NCBI GenBank assembly: GCA_964558645.1
Contig: CAZLEV010000007.1
Location: 96,001 to 160,000, forward strand
Direction: 5' to 3'
From: an uncultured archaeon
Lineage (GTDB): Archaea; Asgardarchaeota; Thorarchaeia; Thorarchaeales; Thorarchaeaceae
DNA: 64,000 nt
This document shows, in pieces, positions 47,985-57,530 of the stretch. Both the position numbers and the translations under genes were made by a program. Within the stretch, counting starts at the first letter, position 1. Every line of letters begins with the position of its first letter. The notes below the pieces were generated by a model. That model was given only the letters and a program-made list of their open reading frames with translations. It was not told the origin of the DNA and did no database searches.

Positions 47985-48122
47985 CGGCTTCTCCTCACGG
48001 TTCAGAGGCTCGTACTCTAGATGCTTGGATGAGTAACACAAAAATGTTCTTATATCCTACATGTTTCCGAACAACTACACGCCAAATTAGAATTCTTACA
48101 AGGCGCCTAAAAGTGAAGCGAA

Positions 48123-48764
48123 ATGTCAGAGAATGACGTCCTGCGAAAGCTCATCGATTCCATTGTAGAAGGTGATAGGAAGTCCTCACCTGAATATACG
48201 GAAGAGCTGCTGGATCGAAACATGTCAGCATATGACATTGTGACCAAGGGCTGCTCTGTAGCGATGAAAGAGGTTGGAGACCTCTACCAGCAGGGTGAGT
48301 ATTTTGTGCCCGAGATTCTGATGGCTGCAAAGGCTTTTGAAGCAGCGATGAGCATTCTCGAGCCGTTGCTGAAGCAGCTCGATTCTAAGGCCAGTGGGAC
48401 AGTAGTGATTGGTGTTTGTGAAGGTGACATCCACTCCATCGGCAAGAACCTCGTTGCAACCATGCTTGGGGCTGCCGGGTTCTCAATAATCGATTTAGGA
48501 AGTGATGTACCTGTCGAGAAATTCATTGAGGCTGCGATTGAGCATGATGCTGATATCATCGCGGTGTCAGCTCTCATGACAACATCGATGCTAAAGATGA
48601 AAGAGATTGTTTCGGCACTGGAGAGCAGCAAGATTCGATCCAAGATTATGGTTGGCGGTGCGCCGGTGAGTCAGGACTACGCTGATAAGATAGGTGCTGA
48701 CGGATATGGGAAAGATGCGATGGCCGCGGTGAGAAAGGCAATCGACCTGGTTGAAACCTCATAG
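48123..48764 (+). CDS. Corrinoid protein (MtbC/MttC-like cobalamin-binding protein)
   Basis: EYFVPE cap domain; EGDIHSIGKNLV (DxHxxG), SALMTTS and VGGAPV motifs. Confidence 0.93.
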   Translation: MSENDVLRKLIDSIVEGDRKSSPEYTEELLDRNMSAYDIVTKGCSVAMKEVGDLYQQGEYFVPEILMAAKAFEAAMSILEPLLKQLDSKASGTVVIGVCEGDIHSIGKNLVATMLGAAGFSIIDLGSDVPVEKFIEAAIEHDADIIAVSALMTTSMLKMKEIVSALESSKIRSKIMVGGAPVSQDYADKIGADGYGKDAMAAVRKAIDLVETS

Positions 48765-48957
48765 GAAGTGCCATCGAGTGTGCATTCAGAACCCCTGTGT
48801 CATGTTGGACCTATTTCGGAAATCTAGATTTGTTCGAGCCACTCGTCCTAGAGTCTAGAGCGGTAACAGCTTGGTAGTGGCCACTTGGAGGAGGAACTGC
48901 CCAGCAATCATCAGGCTCTTATGGATGTGGGGTCAAAAACATACGAGTTGAAAGCCA

Positions 48958-49989
48958 ATGGTTCTTCCCAGAAATCTTGTAGACACAGCACTGAACGGAG
49001 AGCTCCCTGAGCGCATACCTGTTTCTGTCGTGTCGACAGCGTGGGTGTATAATCATTATGGACAGACCCTGCGCGAGGTTGACCACGATGCTGAGAAAAT
49101 GGCCCGGGCTTGGTTGGCCTTTGACAAGGATTTCGATGCAGATACAGTCTGTCCCATGTTTAGCCCAATGATCATTCCTGAGTATTATGGTTCCAAGCTC
49201 AAGTTCCCGGAGGGAGGATTTCCCATTGTGACTAAACCGGCAATCGAAGGACCCTCTGACTTGGACAAATTGGATGGGTTCGCCCCTGACGAGGATCCAC
49301 GCATTGGGGCTGCTATCGACTGTGTATCCAAGGTTGTAGATGAGGTAGGAGCGAAGAAGTTCATATGGCTGGTGTGCATAGGTCCCATCTCCAATGTTTC
49401 GCGACTCATAGACACACAGCTCATCATGGAATCTCTCATAGAGGATCCTGATTTCGTTCACGCGTTGTTCCAGCGGAGCGTTGACATCTGGAAGGCAGCG
49501 TTAGAACCGTTCTTGAATCTGGGAGTTGACGCCATTGACTTTTCTGATCCCGTGGCCTCACCTGACTTGGTTTCACCCAGAATGTACCGCAGATTCTTCC
49601 AGGACTATGATCGCCAAGTGGCCACGTGGATTCAGAAGAATAGCGTTCATGCCATCTACCATGTATGTGGCGATGTGTACCGAATCATCAAGGACATGAA
49701 AGACACAGGCGCCCATGGTCTTAGTATCGATGCCCCCCTCGACTTGGCGGCCGCACGTGAGATTCTGCCTGATACAACATTCATTGGAAATGTGGACCCA
49801 GCCAATATCATCATGAATGGGACTGAGGAAGAGGTTCTTGAGGCAAGTAGGGCGGCCATGAGTGATGGTGGCACCACAGGCCCGATGATTCTGGCTCCGG
49901 GTTGTGATGTACCTCCGCCAAGCCCTGCGCCGAACATTCATGCGATGATCAGAGCAGCTAAGGAACATGATTTACCCCTCTCACCATAG
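48958..49989 (+). CDS. Second MtaA/CmuA (UroD-like) family methyltransferase
   Basis: GPIS, DPVAS...SP, YHVCG, GNVDP and APGCD motifs. Confidence 0.9.
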   Translation: MVLPRNLVDTALNGELPERIPVSVVSTAWVYNHYGQTLREVDHDAEKMARAWLAFDKDFDADTVCPMFSPMIIPEYYGSKLKFPEGGFPIVTKPAIEGPSDLDKLDGFAPDEDPRIGAAIDCVSKVVDEVGAKKFIWLVCIGPISNVSRLIDTQLIMESLIEDPDFVHALFQRSVDIWKAALEPFLNLGVDAIDFSDPVASPDLVSPRMYRRFFQDYDRQVATWIQKNSVHAIYHVCGDVYRIIKDMKDTGAHGLSIDAPLDLAAAREILPDTTFIGNVDPANIIMNGTEEEVLEASRAAMSDGGTTGPMILAPGCDVPPPSPAPNIHAMIRAAKEHDLPLSP

Positions 49990-50048
49990 TGGGCGAAAGA
50001 ATCTCATAAGACAATTACTCTACGATTGAGACTTGTTGGCACTGACAA

Positions 50049-52784
50049 CTATCTCCATCTGCTTATCCGCTCGGTTCTGGGCCTGAAACCTGCCGATAAT
50101 GAATAGTTCCTTGCTCGGAGGAGTGCGATTCTTCCCTCGCGGTTTCTGGTGTAAATCAGTTGCATATCTCCCACATGTTTCTTCCAATTATCGGCGAATC
50201 GCTCGGCGAATCGTCGGTTCATGGCGAGCACTGATGGTACGCTGTGATAGTCCCGTCTGACTATCGATTTACCAAGCTTAGTCTTCCTCAATAGCAGATA
50301 CCTTGGCGATTGGATGGGGCCCAGCAGTTCTCTGAGGGCCTCAAGATACAGGCTTTGCTCTCTACTTGTTCCTCCCTTGACATGACAGAAGACACTACCG
50401 CGGGACCCCTCTTCTGTGACCACTTTGAGTTCGTCTGGGTGTGTCATAATGAGGCCAACCTCACATAGTGTAGTCAGCATCGCCTTGCCAACCTGCTTCA
50501 GACTTGACTTTACAGGTCCGTGAAGAACAAAGAGCCGCAAGGCCCTGTAGAGCTTCGGCAAGAACTTGATCGCAAACAGCAGCAGACCCAGCTGCATGAG
50601 GTATGAGATCCAAACTATACCTAGGTCCGGAACCGGAAAGAAGAAGGAGGTGGCTTGGCGGACCAAAAACAGGGCTAGCAATATCATAATCTCATATCCT
50701 AGTGCCTCAATCGTGTTCGTAAACACGAAGCCTCGTGGCATGTGTGTCTTCTTGGCCAACACATCTTCTACGAGTCGAACACCCTCCTCTCCTCTTCTCA
50801 AAGCTTCGTCCCATTTGCCTTTCAGTTGTTCGCTGGAAGTAGCTAGATGGACCATCTCACGATTGATAGAGGCAATGGTCTCTTGCGTATACGGCGGTGT
50901 CGGAAGATTCATTCTGTTGATCCCATTCTCAATAACTGGTTCGGTCGCCGAAACCCCGAGAAATGCCTTGAATCGCCTTTCCATGATGTCGTAGTCATGA
51001 CCCAGCTTCTTCGAGTCGGTTTCCACGCATACTAAGTGCCAGATGTTAGCGACCTTTGATTCATTCTTCTTGTGTATCCTGATGGCGCGACCTCTCATTT
51101 GGTTTGAGAGCATATATGAGCCAACGAAGCTTGCAAGCACAAGTGAGTTGATACAGGGAGCGTCCCATCCTTCACCAAGGAGGGACTTGGTTCCCACCAG
51201 TGTATTGATTCCTCCTCGCATGAAGAGACCTGTGATGAGTTGTACTGTCTTCTGCTGTGTTTCCAATGTTGAACGGAGAATCGAGTAATCCGGGTCAGGT
51301 AGAGTTTCGAACCGTAGAGATTGAGGGTCAATCCCGATCTGAATCGCACAGGACTTGAGGAGTTCACGCGATTGCGACGGAATGACGACCAGCGATCCTG
51401 TCAATATCGCAAGTTTGCACCCCCGAATGCCTCGCTTCCTAAGCGTTTCAAAGATGGGTGCAGCTCCCATTCTATCGAGGTCAATGTCTTGGCTAGGCTC
51501 TCTTTGGAGATATGCCTCCCTGATATAGTCTGTCAGAATGACCATCCTGAGATCGCTTTGCATTGACTTATACTCGATCTCGACAATGGCTTGGATCGCA
51601 AAGAGTTTTGATATGCTTCTACGGAGAATACCTTGTAGCTTCCTAGGGGTTCTAAACTCGATGTTTCTGCGATGCAGAGCTCCCATTCGTGAGAGTGCGT
51701 GTCGCGTGTCAAGAAGTAGTGGGTCGAGATCCTTTTTCGTGATTCCTGTCGGAAACAAGAGGCCCTCAAGCAGAGTTTTCAACCATTCTTCTGTGAACTT
51801 GGGCAGGGCATGATATGAACCTACTACGAGCTCTCGGGTTGATCGGGGGATTTCAATGCCTTTGAACTCCAAATAGATTAACATACTTGAGAAGAGTTCA
51901 GCTTCTTCGAGTATCTCCTCTAGATGGTCTTCAGGTGCTGCTATCCAACGATGATTCTTCACAAGAACAAGGTACCTGTCATCATCCTTGAATGACCCTA
52001 TGAACTCCTGGGTCCTTCTTCGGAAGTCATTGATTCTGTTGGATTCAACAAATGATGGGGAGGTGAAGATGACCAGGTCCTGGTGAGGACAGAGGTCTCC
52101 GGCCTTGACCAGCTCGGGTACAGACACCTCTGCGTCTATGGGACCGCACATGTCGACATAGCGACTCCATTCGGATATTGAAACATCGTAAGGGGGAGTC
52201 GCAGTAAGCGAAACCCTGGTCGTTGCAGGAAACTTCTGTAGGAGTTCATGCAGACAACGCCACCAGTTAACTCTGAGATGATGTGCCTCGTCAAGGACAA
52301 TCGTTCCGAGGCTCACCCTCCTCAGGGCTTCAATGACCTGTTCCTCTCCTGACAGCTCAACTAGCGCGTCCCCTTCATTCGCTTCGTGAGTTTCATTTTG
52401 CATTCCACTGAATGCAGCGTACAATGCTTGGTAGGTGCCAACTGTCAAGAATCTCGGGTTTCTAACGTTCTTTGAGATCCAGCTTGGAATGGTTTTCTCT
52501 TCCAAGAAGAAATCACAGAGTCTCTCTAGCCATTGGTCACGTATTGCTCTTGTCGGTGCAAGAATGATAGTAGGTCTGTTAAGGCGATGGGTTACTTCCA
52601 GCCCAAGAAGAGTCTTTCCTGAGCCGGGTGCTGCAACAACATGCAGTCTATTGTCGTCAAGGTGTTCCTCAAGTGTTTGCAGCACCCGCGCCTGATACGT
52701 TCTCCACTGTCCTCTGAAACGGACATCGGTGGGAAATTGTCTGGCTCTGGGTTGCACTTGACTACTCCCTCCTCTCGGGGGCAT
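50049..52784 (-). CDS. SF2 DEAD/DEAH-box helicase-like protein with C-terminal TM hairpin
   Basis: APGSGKT, DEAHH, LTATPP, LGEGWD and QMRGRAIR motifs; two hydrophobic helices after the helicase core. Confidence 0.88.
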   Translation of the reverse strand: MPPRGGSSQVQPRARQFPTDVRFRGQWRTYQARVLQTLEEHLDDNRLHVVAAPGSGKTLLGLEVTHRLNRPTIILAPTRAIRDQWLERLCDFFLEEKTIPSWISKNVRNPRFLTVGTYQALYAAFSGMQNETHEANEGDALVELSGEEQVIEALRRVSLGTIVLDEAHHLRVNWWRCLHELLQKFPATTRVSLTATPPYDVSISEWSRYVDMCGPIDAEVSVPELVKAGDLCPHQDLVIFTSPSFVESNRINDFRRRTQEFIGSFKDDDRYLVLVKNHRWIAAPEDHLEEILEEAELFSSMLIYLEFKGIEIPRSTRELVVGSYHALPKFTEEWLKTLLEGLLFPTGITKKDLDPLLLDTRHALSRMGALHRRNIEFRTPRKLQGILRRSISKLFAIQAIVEIEYKSMQSDLRMVILTDYIREAYLQREPSQDIDLDRMGAAPIFETLRKRGIRGCKLAILTGSLVVIPSQSRELLKSCAIQIGIDPQSLRFETLPDPDYSILRSTLETQQKTVQLITGLFMRGGINTLVGTKSLLGEGWDAPCINSLVLASFVGSYMLSNQMRGRAIRIHKKNESKVANIWHLVCVETDSKKLGHDYDIMERRFKAFLGVSATEPVIENGINRMNLPTPPYTQETIASINREMVHLATSSEQLKGKWDEALRRGEEGVRLVEDVLAKKTHMPRGFVFTNTIEALGYEIMILLALFLVRQATSFFFPVPDLGIVWISYLMQLGLLLFAIKFLPKLYRALRLFVLHGPVKSSLKQVGKAMLTTLCEVGLIMTHPDELKVVTEEGSRGSVFCHVKGGTSREQSLYLEALRELLGPIQSPRYLLLRKTKLGKSIVRRDYHSVPSVLAMNRRFAERFADNWKKHVGDMQLIYTRNREGRIALLRARNYSLSAGFRPRTERISRWR

Positions 52785-52904
52785 GGCCTTTGGACTGCTT
52801 GAGATTCTTCTTCAGTAGTGATGAGTATAAGCCAGTCATATATGGGTTTGTGGCATCTTTCTAGCAGTGTCAACTCTGGTCCTATAGGCACTCTTGAGAA
52901 GGAA

Positions 52905-53261
52905 CTACGGCCAATCATCGCGCCGCATCCAATACCCATAGATGACAAGCCCCCAGCCAATAGCAGCCACGACACCAAAGGGGAGAAGCTGGGAGACTAT
53001 CCTTGGATCTATCCCTGTTAGCTGTAGTGCAATCAGTGTTAGTGTGATGAAAACGAAAGTGACACAGAAGGAGCATCCAATATGCCATTTATAGTCACCT
53101 GCAGCTTTGCAGGAAAACGAGCAATAGTGATTGAGTGGTCCGCTATAGAGACACCGGCTTAGATCATCTGTGGGTCTGCCGCACCACGCGCACCGCTGGG
53201 TTGTATCACCATACTCACCCTGGCGAGGTCTATCCTCATACCCCATTACCTTCGTCACCAT
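52905..53261 (-). CDS. Small zinc-finger (TRASH/MYM-like) membrane protein
   Basis: CAWC...YCSFSC followed by two TM helices. Confidence 0.65.
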   Translation of the reverse strand: MVTKVMGYEDRPRQGEYGDTTQRCAWCGRPTDDLSRCLYSGPLNHYCSFSCKAAGDYKWHIGCSFCVTFVFITLTLIALQLTGIDPRIVSQLLPFGVVAAIGWGLVIYGYWMRRDDWP

Positions 53262-53318
53262 GTAAGAGATACGAAGTTTCGCTACATATGACTTTCGAAG
53301 TCAATGCCGATGGCTGTC

Positions 53319-56300
53319 TCAGTAGAGAAGGCCAGGCACGAATGTTAAGGCCGAGAATCCGGCCAGACAGGCAATCAAGGCAAGGAGAGTCACGAGCCTG
53401 GCATAGACCAACTGAGGATTCTCACTCTCATGGTCGCGGATATAGAGGCTGACAAAAAGCAGCAGCGCAGACGATGCAAGAAGAAGCCCTTGAACGAGCT
53501 CCCCGAACACGAAGGTGAACCCAAAACCGGTAAGGGCAAAGAAGAGTGGTGCGTTGAAAAGATGAAGGTGCTTGCTCTTGGCAACAGGGAGCAGTAGCCA
53601 CGACATTACAAAGGCGGACAGGTAGATGCAAGGCAATGGAAGGAACGCCAAGCTCGCTGCAGCATATGTGATTAGTGTTGATGTGCCAGCTATACCGACT
53701 TGTAGAGACTTCAGCATGGACTCATCTGTCAGGCCTACTCTCGTAGAGGCGATGAATAGACTGAAACATACGATCAGAGATAGCCCAATCGATATCGACA
53801 TCAGGTTTGTGCTCATTGCCGAATTGTAGAACAACGAAGCGATGAAGACTGCAACTGAGATCGGTACCGTGAAGAACAGTCGACGAAGTACACTCTCATC
53901 TTTCTCAAGGTGATTAGCAAGGACTGTGAGTGACATGAAGCCCATTGCCAGAGTGGCTGAGATTGCAGGGATGACAAGTCCTCTGTCAATGAGAAAGGCG
54001 GCTGCGGTTGCGGTTACTCCTGAGACTAGTATTCCGACACTCGACATACCGAATGATGATTGAACACCTCGTCTGATTGCTGCGATGGAGATGAGAAGCA
54101 GTCCGAACAGCCCCAAGGGAATGCTATAGCTTGGCAAGGAGTAAAGCGGCGTTCCAGGTTTCATTCCTACTAGCTCACTGAAGAATGGATATGATAGTGT
54201 CCCGATGACCATGGTAACTAGGCCGGAGAATAACAGCCAGAGGACATAGCCGAAACGGTCAAACAAATACCTGAGAAATGCGTTCAGTCTTCTCAGGGCA
54301 TCTAGCATTATCGCACCAAGATTAGCAAGCAGTTTCATGAGGGCTCGTATCTGCTCAGTTATGAAGGGTACCTCAATCAACAGGGTCACTAGCATCGCCA
54401 TCAAGAGCGATTCGACAAGCGGTATATGTACCAAGGCCGAGAAACCGATGAACGTTGCTATTCCAGAAGATACTCCTCCGAGTATGTGACTCGGGTGTAT
54501 GACTCGGCCAAAATGAAATGCCCTGCTCAGTGCGCTCATGACAAGGAGTGCTGTTGCCATAGATGTGGAGAGAGCAAACAGAGCAGCAGCGAACTCTGTA
54601 CCTGAACCAGGAAACAGAACCAAGGCGGGTCCTGTAAACGCGGTCGTTGTGATTCCCACAAGACTCAGTCCCAAGGCTGAGGTTTCATGTCTGTCTTCAA
54701 CAACCCTTGCTCCCGAGTAGTATAGGAATCCGAAGGCAAACGAGGCACATGTTGTCGACAAGAGAAGTTTGTGATTGGTATCAAGTAGCAAGCCTGGCAG
54801 CAGGTTGAAGAGGGTTACAAACACAAAGAGACCTGTAATGGGTGGAGTGAAAAACACTAATCCCGTCTTGTGTTTGACTGCGAATTCCTTTGCTCTGCTT
54901 AACGCCCACAATGTCGCAGGCGCGCTAGCTGGAAGTGCAACAACATACCAAACAATGAGGGTTGCTACCATTCTGACCATCTCATTGTTGAAGGCGCCAC
55001 CCAGAGACCATGAAACATATGCAAGACTAGAGGCAAAGAAGACATCAGCCATTAGAGGGTACCTTTCGTTTCTTCGAGGATGAAGAAGTAGGAAAGGTGT
55101 GATTGCACACGAGAATGCGACTGCACTCACTCCTAGCCGCAGATGAACGTCAGAAAAAACAATGGTATACTCCCATGCTACGAGTACGCATCCAAGAATT
55201 GACGGGCTCCAACTGATATGAGCTAACCGGTCTAGGTTGCTATTCCTTGACTCTCCATAGAATATCGCAGGTGTCAAGAAGGCTCCATACAGTGACAGAA
55301 TCCACCCCAACGTCAATAATGGTTGGGACGGAAAGCCGAACTGGAAGAGCGTCCAGCTGGAGAGGTACGCCCCCAGAATGACCGCATTCAGCCCAGACAC
55401 TGCTTCCCATACGAACTCAAATCTGGTCCATTTCATGCTGTCTGTCGCTGGGATAAGCAATGTAGAGAGTAGGAGAAGTGCAGCCCCTGTACTGATTGCT
55501 GCAGCACTGAACATGAAGATGAAGTAAGCGTGCCAGATCCATGCAACCTCGAGCAGAAGGATGACTGCAGATATGGGAGTCAGTGAATGGCGGTTCGAAT
55601 AGCCCGATCTGAACCATCGAAGCAATGAGATACTAGCGAGTCCCGAAGCGATTGATAGAGGGATGACCTCAGTCACCGGGTACAAGAGCGTCCAAAGCGT
55701 CATCGAGTAGAATACAATCAGGAAGATAACGATACCTTGGTGAACTGATTGGAAAGACTCAGATTGAGAATGGACGGCGGCGATCGCGAAGACGGGCAGA
55801 AGAGCGAGATGAAGTGCTACGATGGAATTCGTGAAGGGCAAACACAACGAATAGACAACCGCCAAGCTGGCCAGTCCAACAAGATCCTGAAGGATGACAT
55901 GCAGCTTCTTTGAGGTTGAGCTCACAGATATTCTCAGAGTCACAAGCGAGGCGAGGAGAGCCAATTCAGTTGCGATGACAAGTCCAAGAAGCGGAGTGCA
56001 CTGTAACGCAACGAGTAGACCAATCCATGTCCCCCTGAGGGCGGCAAAGAGTGTGTTCACCCTCGCCTTTTGGCCGCTGATTCTCGGAGTTCGTCCGAGA
56101 AGCTCTATGATCGTACCTGCGGCCAACAACAGGGCGCCATTAGAGACTAATGATACTAGTAGGTATACGAAGTAGCCTGTCGAGATCGAGAACAGAGCCC
56201 AGCTTATGGGATGATAGATATCTTCCGGGATACATAGAAGGAGGGATTCTAGCATAACGAAGAACATGGCTGCAGTCAGAAGATCAGTAAAGGGAAGGAG

Positions 56301-57473
56301 GACATGAAGCGAAACGAGGCCAAGCACGCCGCTCGTGGCAACTGGATAGAGAACCTTCAAGAAAGTCTTCTTTTCAACAACCAGGCCAAGAACCATTGCG
56401 GTCCATGATATTGCTACAAGCGCTTTGAGTACCAAATCGAAGGTAACAAGTTGGAGAGAGAGGACCATCAGTAAGATTAGTCCAAGCACCAGGGGATGGC
56501 GGCTATCACGAATCTCTGGGATAAGAGATGATAGTGGGGTAATCACTAGACATAGAATTGTGGATGCGACTAGGATGCTCACCGTTGGTTCCATCGGCTG
56601 CAGTAGAAGAACAACGAAAAGGGAGGTGACAGTGGAAAGGCTGACGAGCATCGCTGTTCGGACGCTGACGTTGAACTGCTGAACTTTGAGAACTGCAGCA
56701 GATGCGCATAGGAGGGTGAACAGCACAGTGAAGAGGACTCTCGCTAAATCAGGCTGAATCATTGTGTTGAAGAACCAAGAAGCATTTGCCAGAATCACCA
56801 GTGAAGCAGACAGCCCAACTATCGCTGCTGCAATAACCGTGTAAGTTAGAACGAGAACAAGAAGCGCTTCTCCAATCTTCTGAGCAAGTCTACCTACGTG
56901 TCTAAGAGCTCGCACATAGTATGACGATGCTACAGGTATCAGTGTTAACGCTATTCCAGCTACGAGATACGTCAACGGCAGTCCGAAAGCAGACCAGAAC
57001 AGCACACATGCCGCTACTATACTGATAGCGTATCCGATACTAGCTGAAACCTTGAGCCTTTCAGACCTAGACGACATCAGCATGTAGAGGGCAACAATAA
57101 CCCCTGTCCATGCATAAGCCAAGTCTTGCTCATAGATTCTCGATAGCCACCAATAAACAAGTGATGAACCGGAAAGGAGTGTCGCACCCCACAGGACAAG
57201 CGGAATAAACGGATGAAGTGTGTCTGGAAGCTCCTCTCGTAGTGCTGCAAGAATCGCGGTGGCTGTCGTCACGGCCAGGAACAGCGAATGAATCTGAGGA
57301 ACGAATGTCAGAGCCAGATGGTATGCGAGTGCTCCTGTGAAAAGGGCAAGCCCCGCAATCACAAATGTGACAAGGGTGCGATGTTCCATTCCGCGATACT
57401 TCACAACTGGCGAATATGACAAGAAGAAGAGAAAAGCTGCAATAACAAGAATGTATGTGAGCTCAAGCCTCAA
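53319..57473 (-). CDS. Giant multi-pass membrane protein, C-terminal portion (same frame as the upstream ORF)
   Basis: 1384 hydrophobic codons. The frame stays open upstream to the TAG at 57531-57533, and there is no clear SD at the TTG. Confidence 0.75.
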   Translation of the reverse strand: MRLELTYILVIAAFLFFLSYSPVVKYRGMEHRTLVTFVIAGLALFTGALAYHLALTFVPQIHSLFLAVTTATAILAALREELPDTLHPFIPLVLWGATLLSGSSLVYWWLSRIYEQDLAYAWTGVIVALYMLMSSRSERLKVSASIGYAISIVAACVLFWSAFGLPLTYLVAGIALTLIPVASSYYVRALRHVGRLAQKIGEALLVLVLTYTVIAAAIVGLSASLVILANASWFFNTMIQPDLARVLFTVLFTLLCASAAVLKVQQFNVSVRTAMLVSLSTVTSLFVVLLLQPMEPTVSILVASTILCLVITPLSSLIPEIRDSRHPLVLGLILLMVLSLQLVTFDLVLKALVAISWTAMVLGLVVEKKTFLKVLYPVATSGVLGLVSLHVLLPFTDLLTAAMFFVMLESLLLCIPEDIYHPISWALFSISTGYFVYLLVSLVSNGALLLAAGTIIELLGRTPRISGQKARVNTLFAALRGTWIGLLVALQCTPLLGLVIATELALLASLVTLRISVSSTSKKLHVILQDLVGLASLAVVYSLCLPFTNSIVALHLALLPVFAIAAVHSQSESFQSVHQGIVIFLIVFYSMTLWTLLYPVTEVIPLSIASGLASISLLRWFRSGYSNRHSLTPISAVILLLEVAWIWHAYFIFMFSAAAISTGAALLLLSTLLIPATDSMKWTRFEFVWEAVSGLNAVILGAYLSSWTLFQFGFPSQPLLTLGWILSLYGAFLTPAIFYGESRNSNLDRLAHISWSPSILGCVLVAWEYTIVFSDVHLRLGVSAVAFSCAITPFLLLHPRRNERYPLMADVFFASSLAYVSWSLGGAFNNEMVRMVATLIVWYVVALPASAPATLWALSRAKEFAVKHKTGLVFFTPPITGLFVFVTLFNLLPGLLLDTNHKLLLSTTCASFAFGFLYYSGARVVEDRHETSALGLSLVGITTTAFTGPALVLFPGSGTEFAAALFALSTSMATALLVMSALSRAFHFGRVIHPSHILGGVSSGIATFIGFSALVHIPLVESLLMAMLVTLLIEVPFITEQIRALMKLLANLGAIMLDALRRLNAFLRYLFDRFGYVLWLLFSGLVTMVIGTLSYPFFSELVGMKPGTPLYSLPSYSIPLGLFGLLLISIAAIRRGVQSSFGMSSVGILVSGVTATAAAFLIDRGLVIPAISATLAMGFMSLTVLANHLEKDESVLRRLFFTVPISVAVFIASLFYNSAMSTNLMSISIGLSLIVCFSLFIASTRVGLTDESMLKSLQVGIAGTSTLITYAAASLAFLPLPCIYLSAFVMSWLLLPVAKSKHLHLFNAPLFFALTGFGFTFVFGELVQGLLLASSALLLFVSLYIRDHESENPQLVYARLVTLLALIACLAGFSALTFVPGLLY

Positions 57474-57530
57474 TCCACTGTAAAGGTAAGCATAACTCCC
57501 GTAGGCTATGAAGAAGACAGCCAGAGATGC

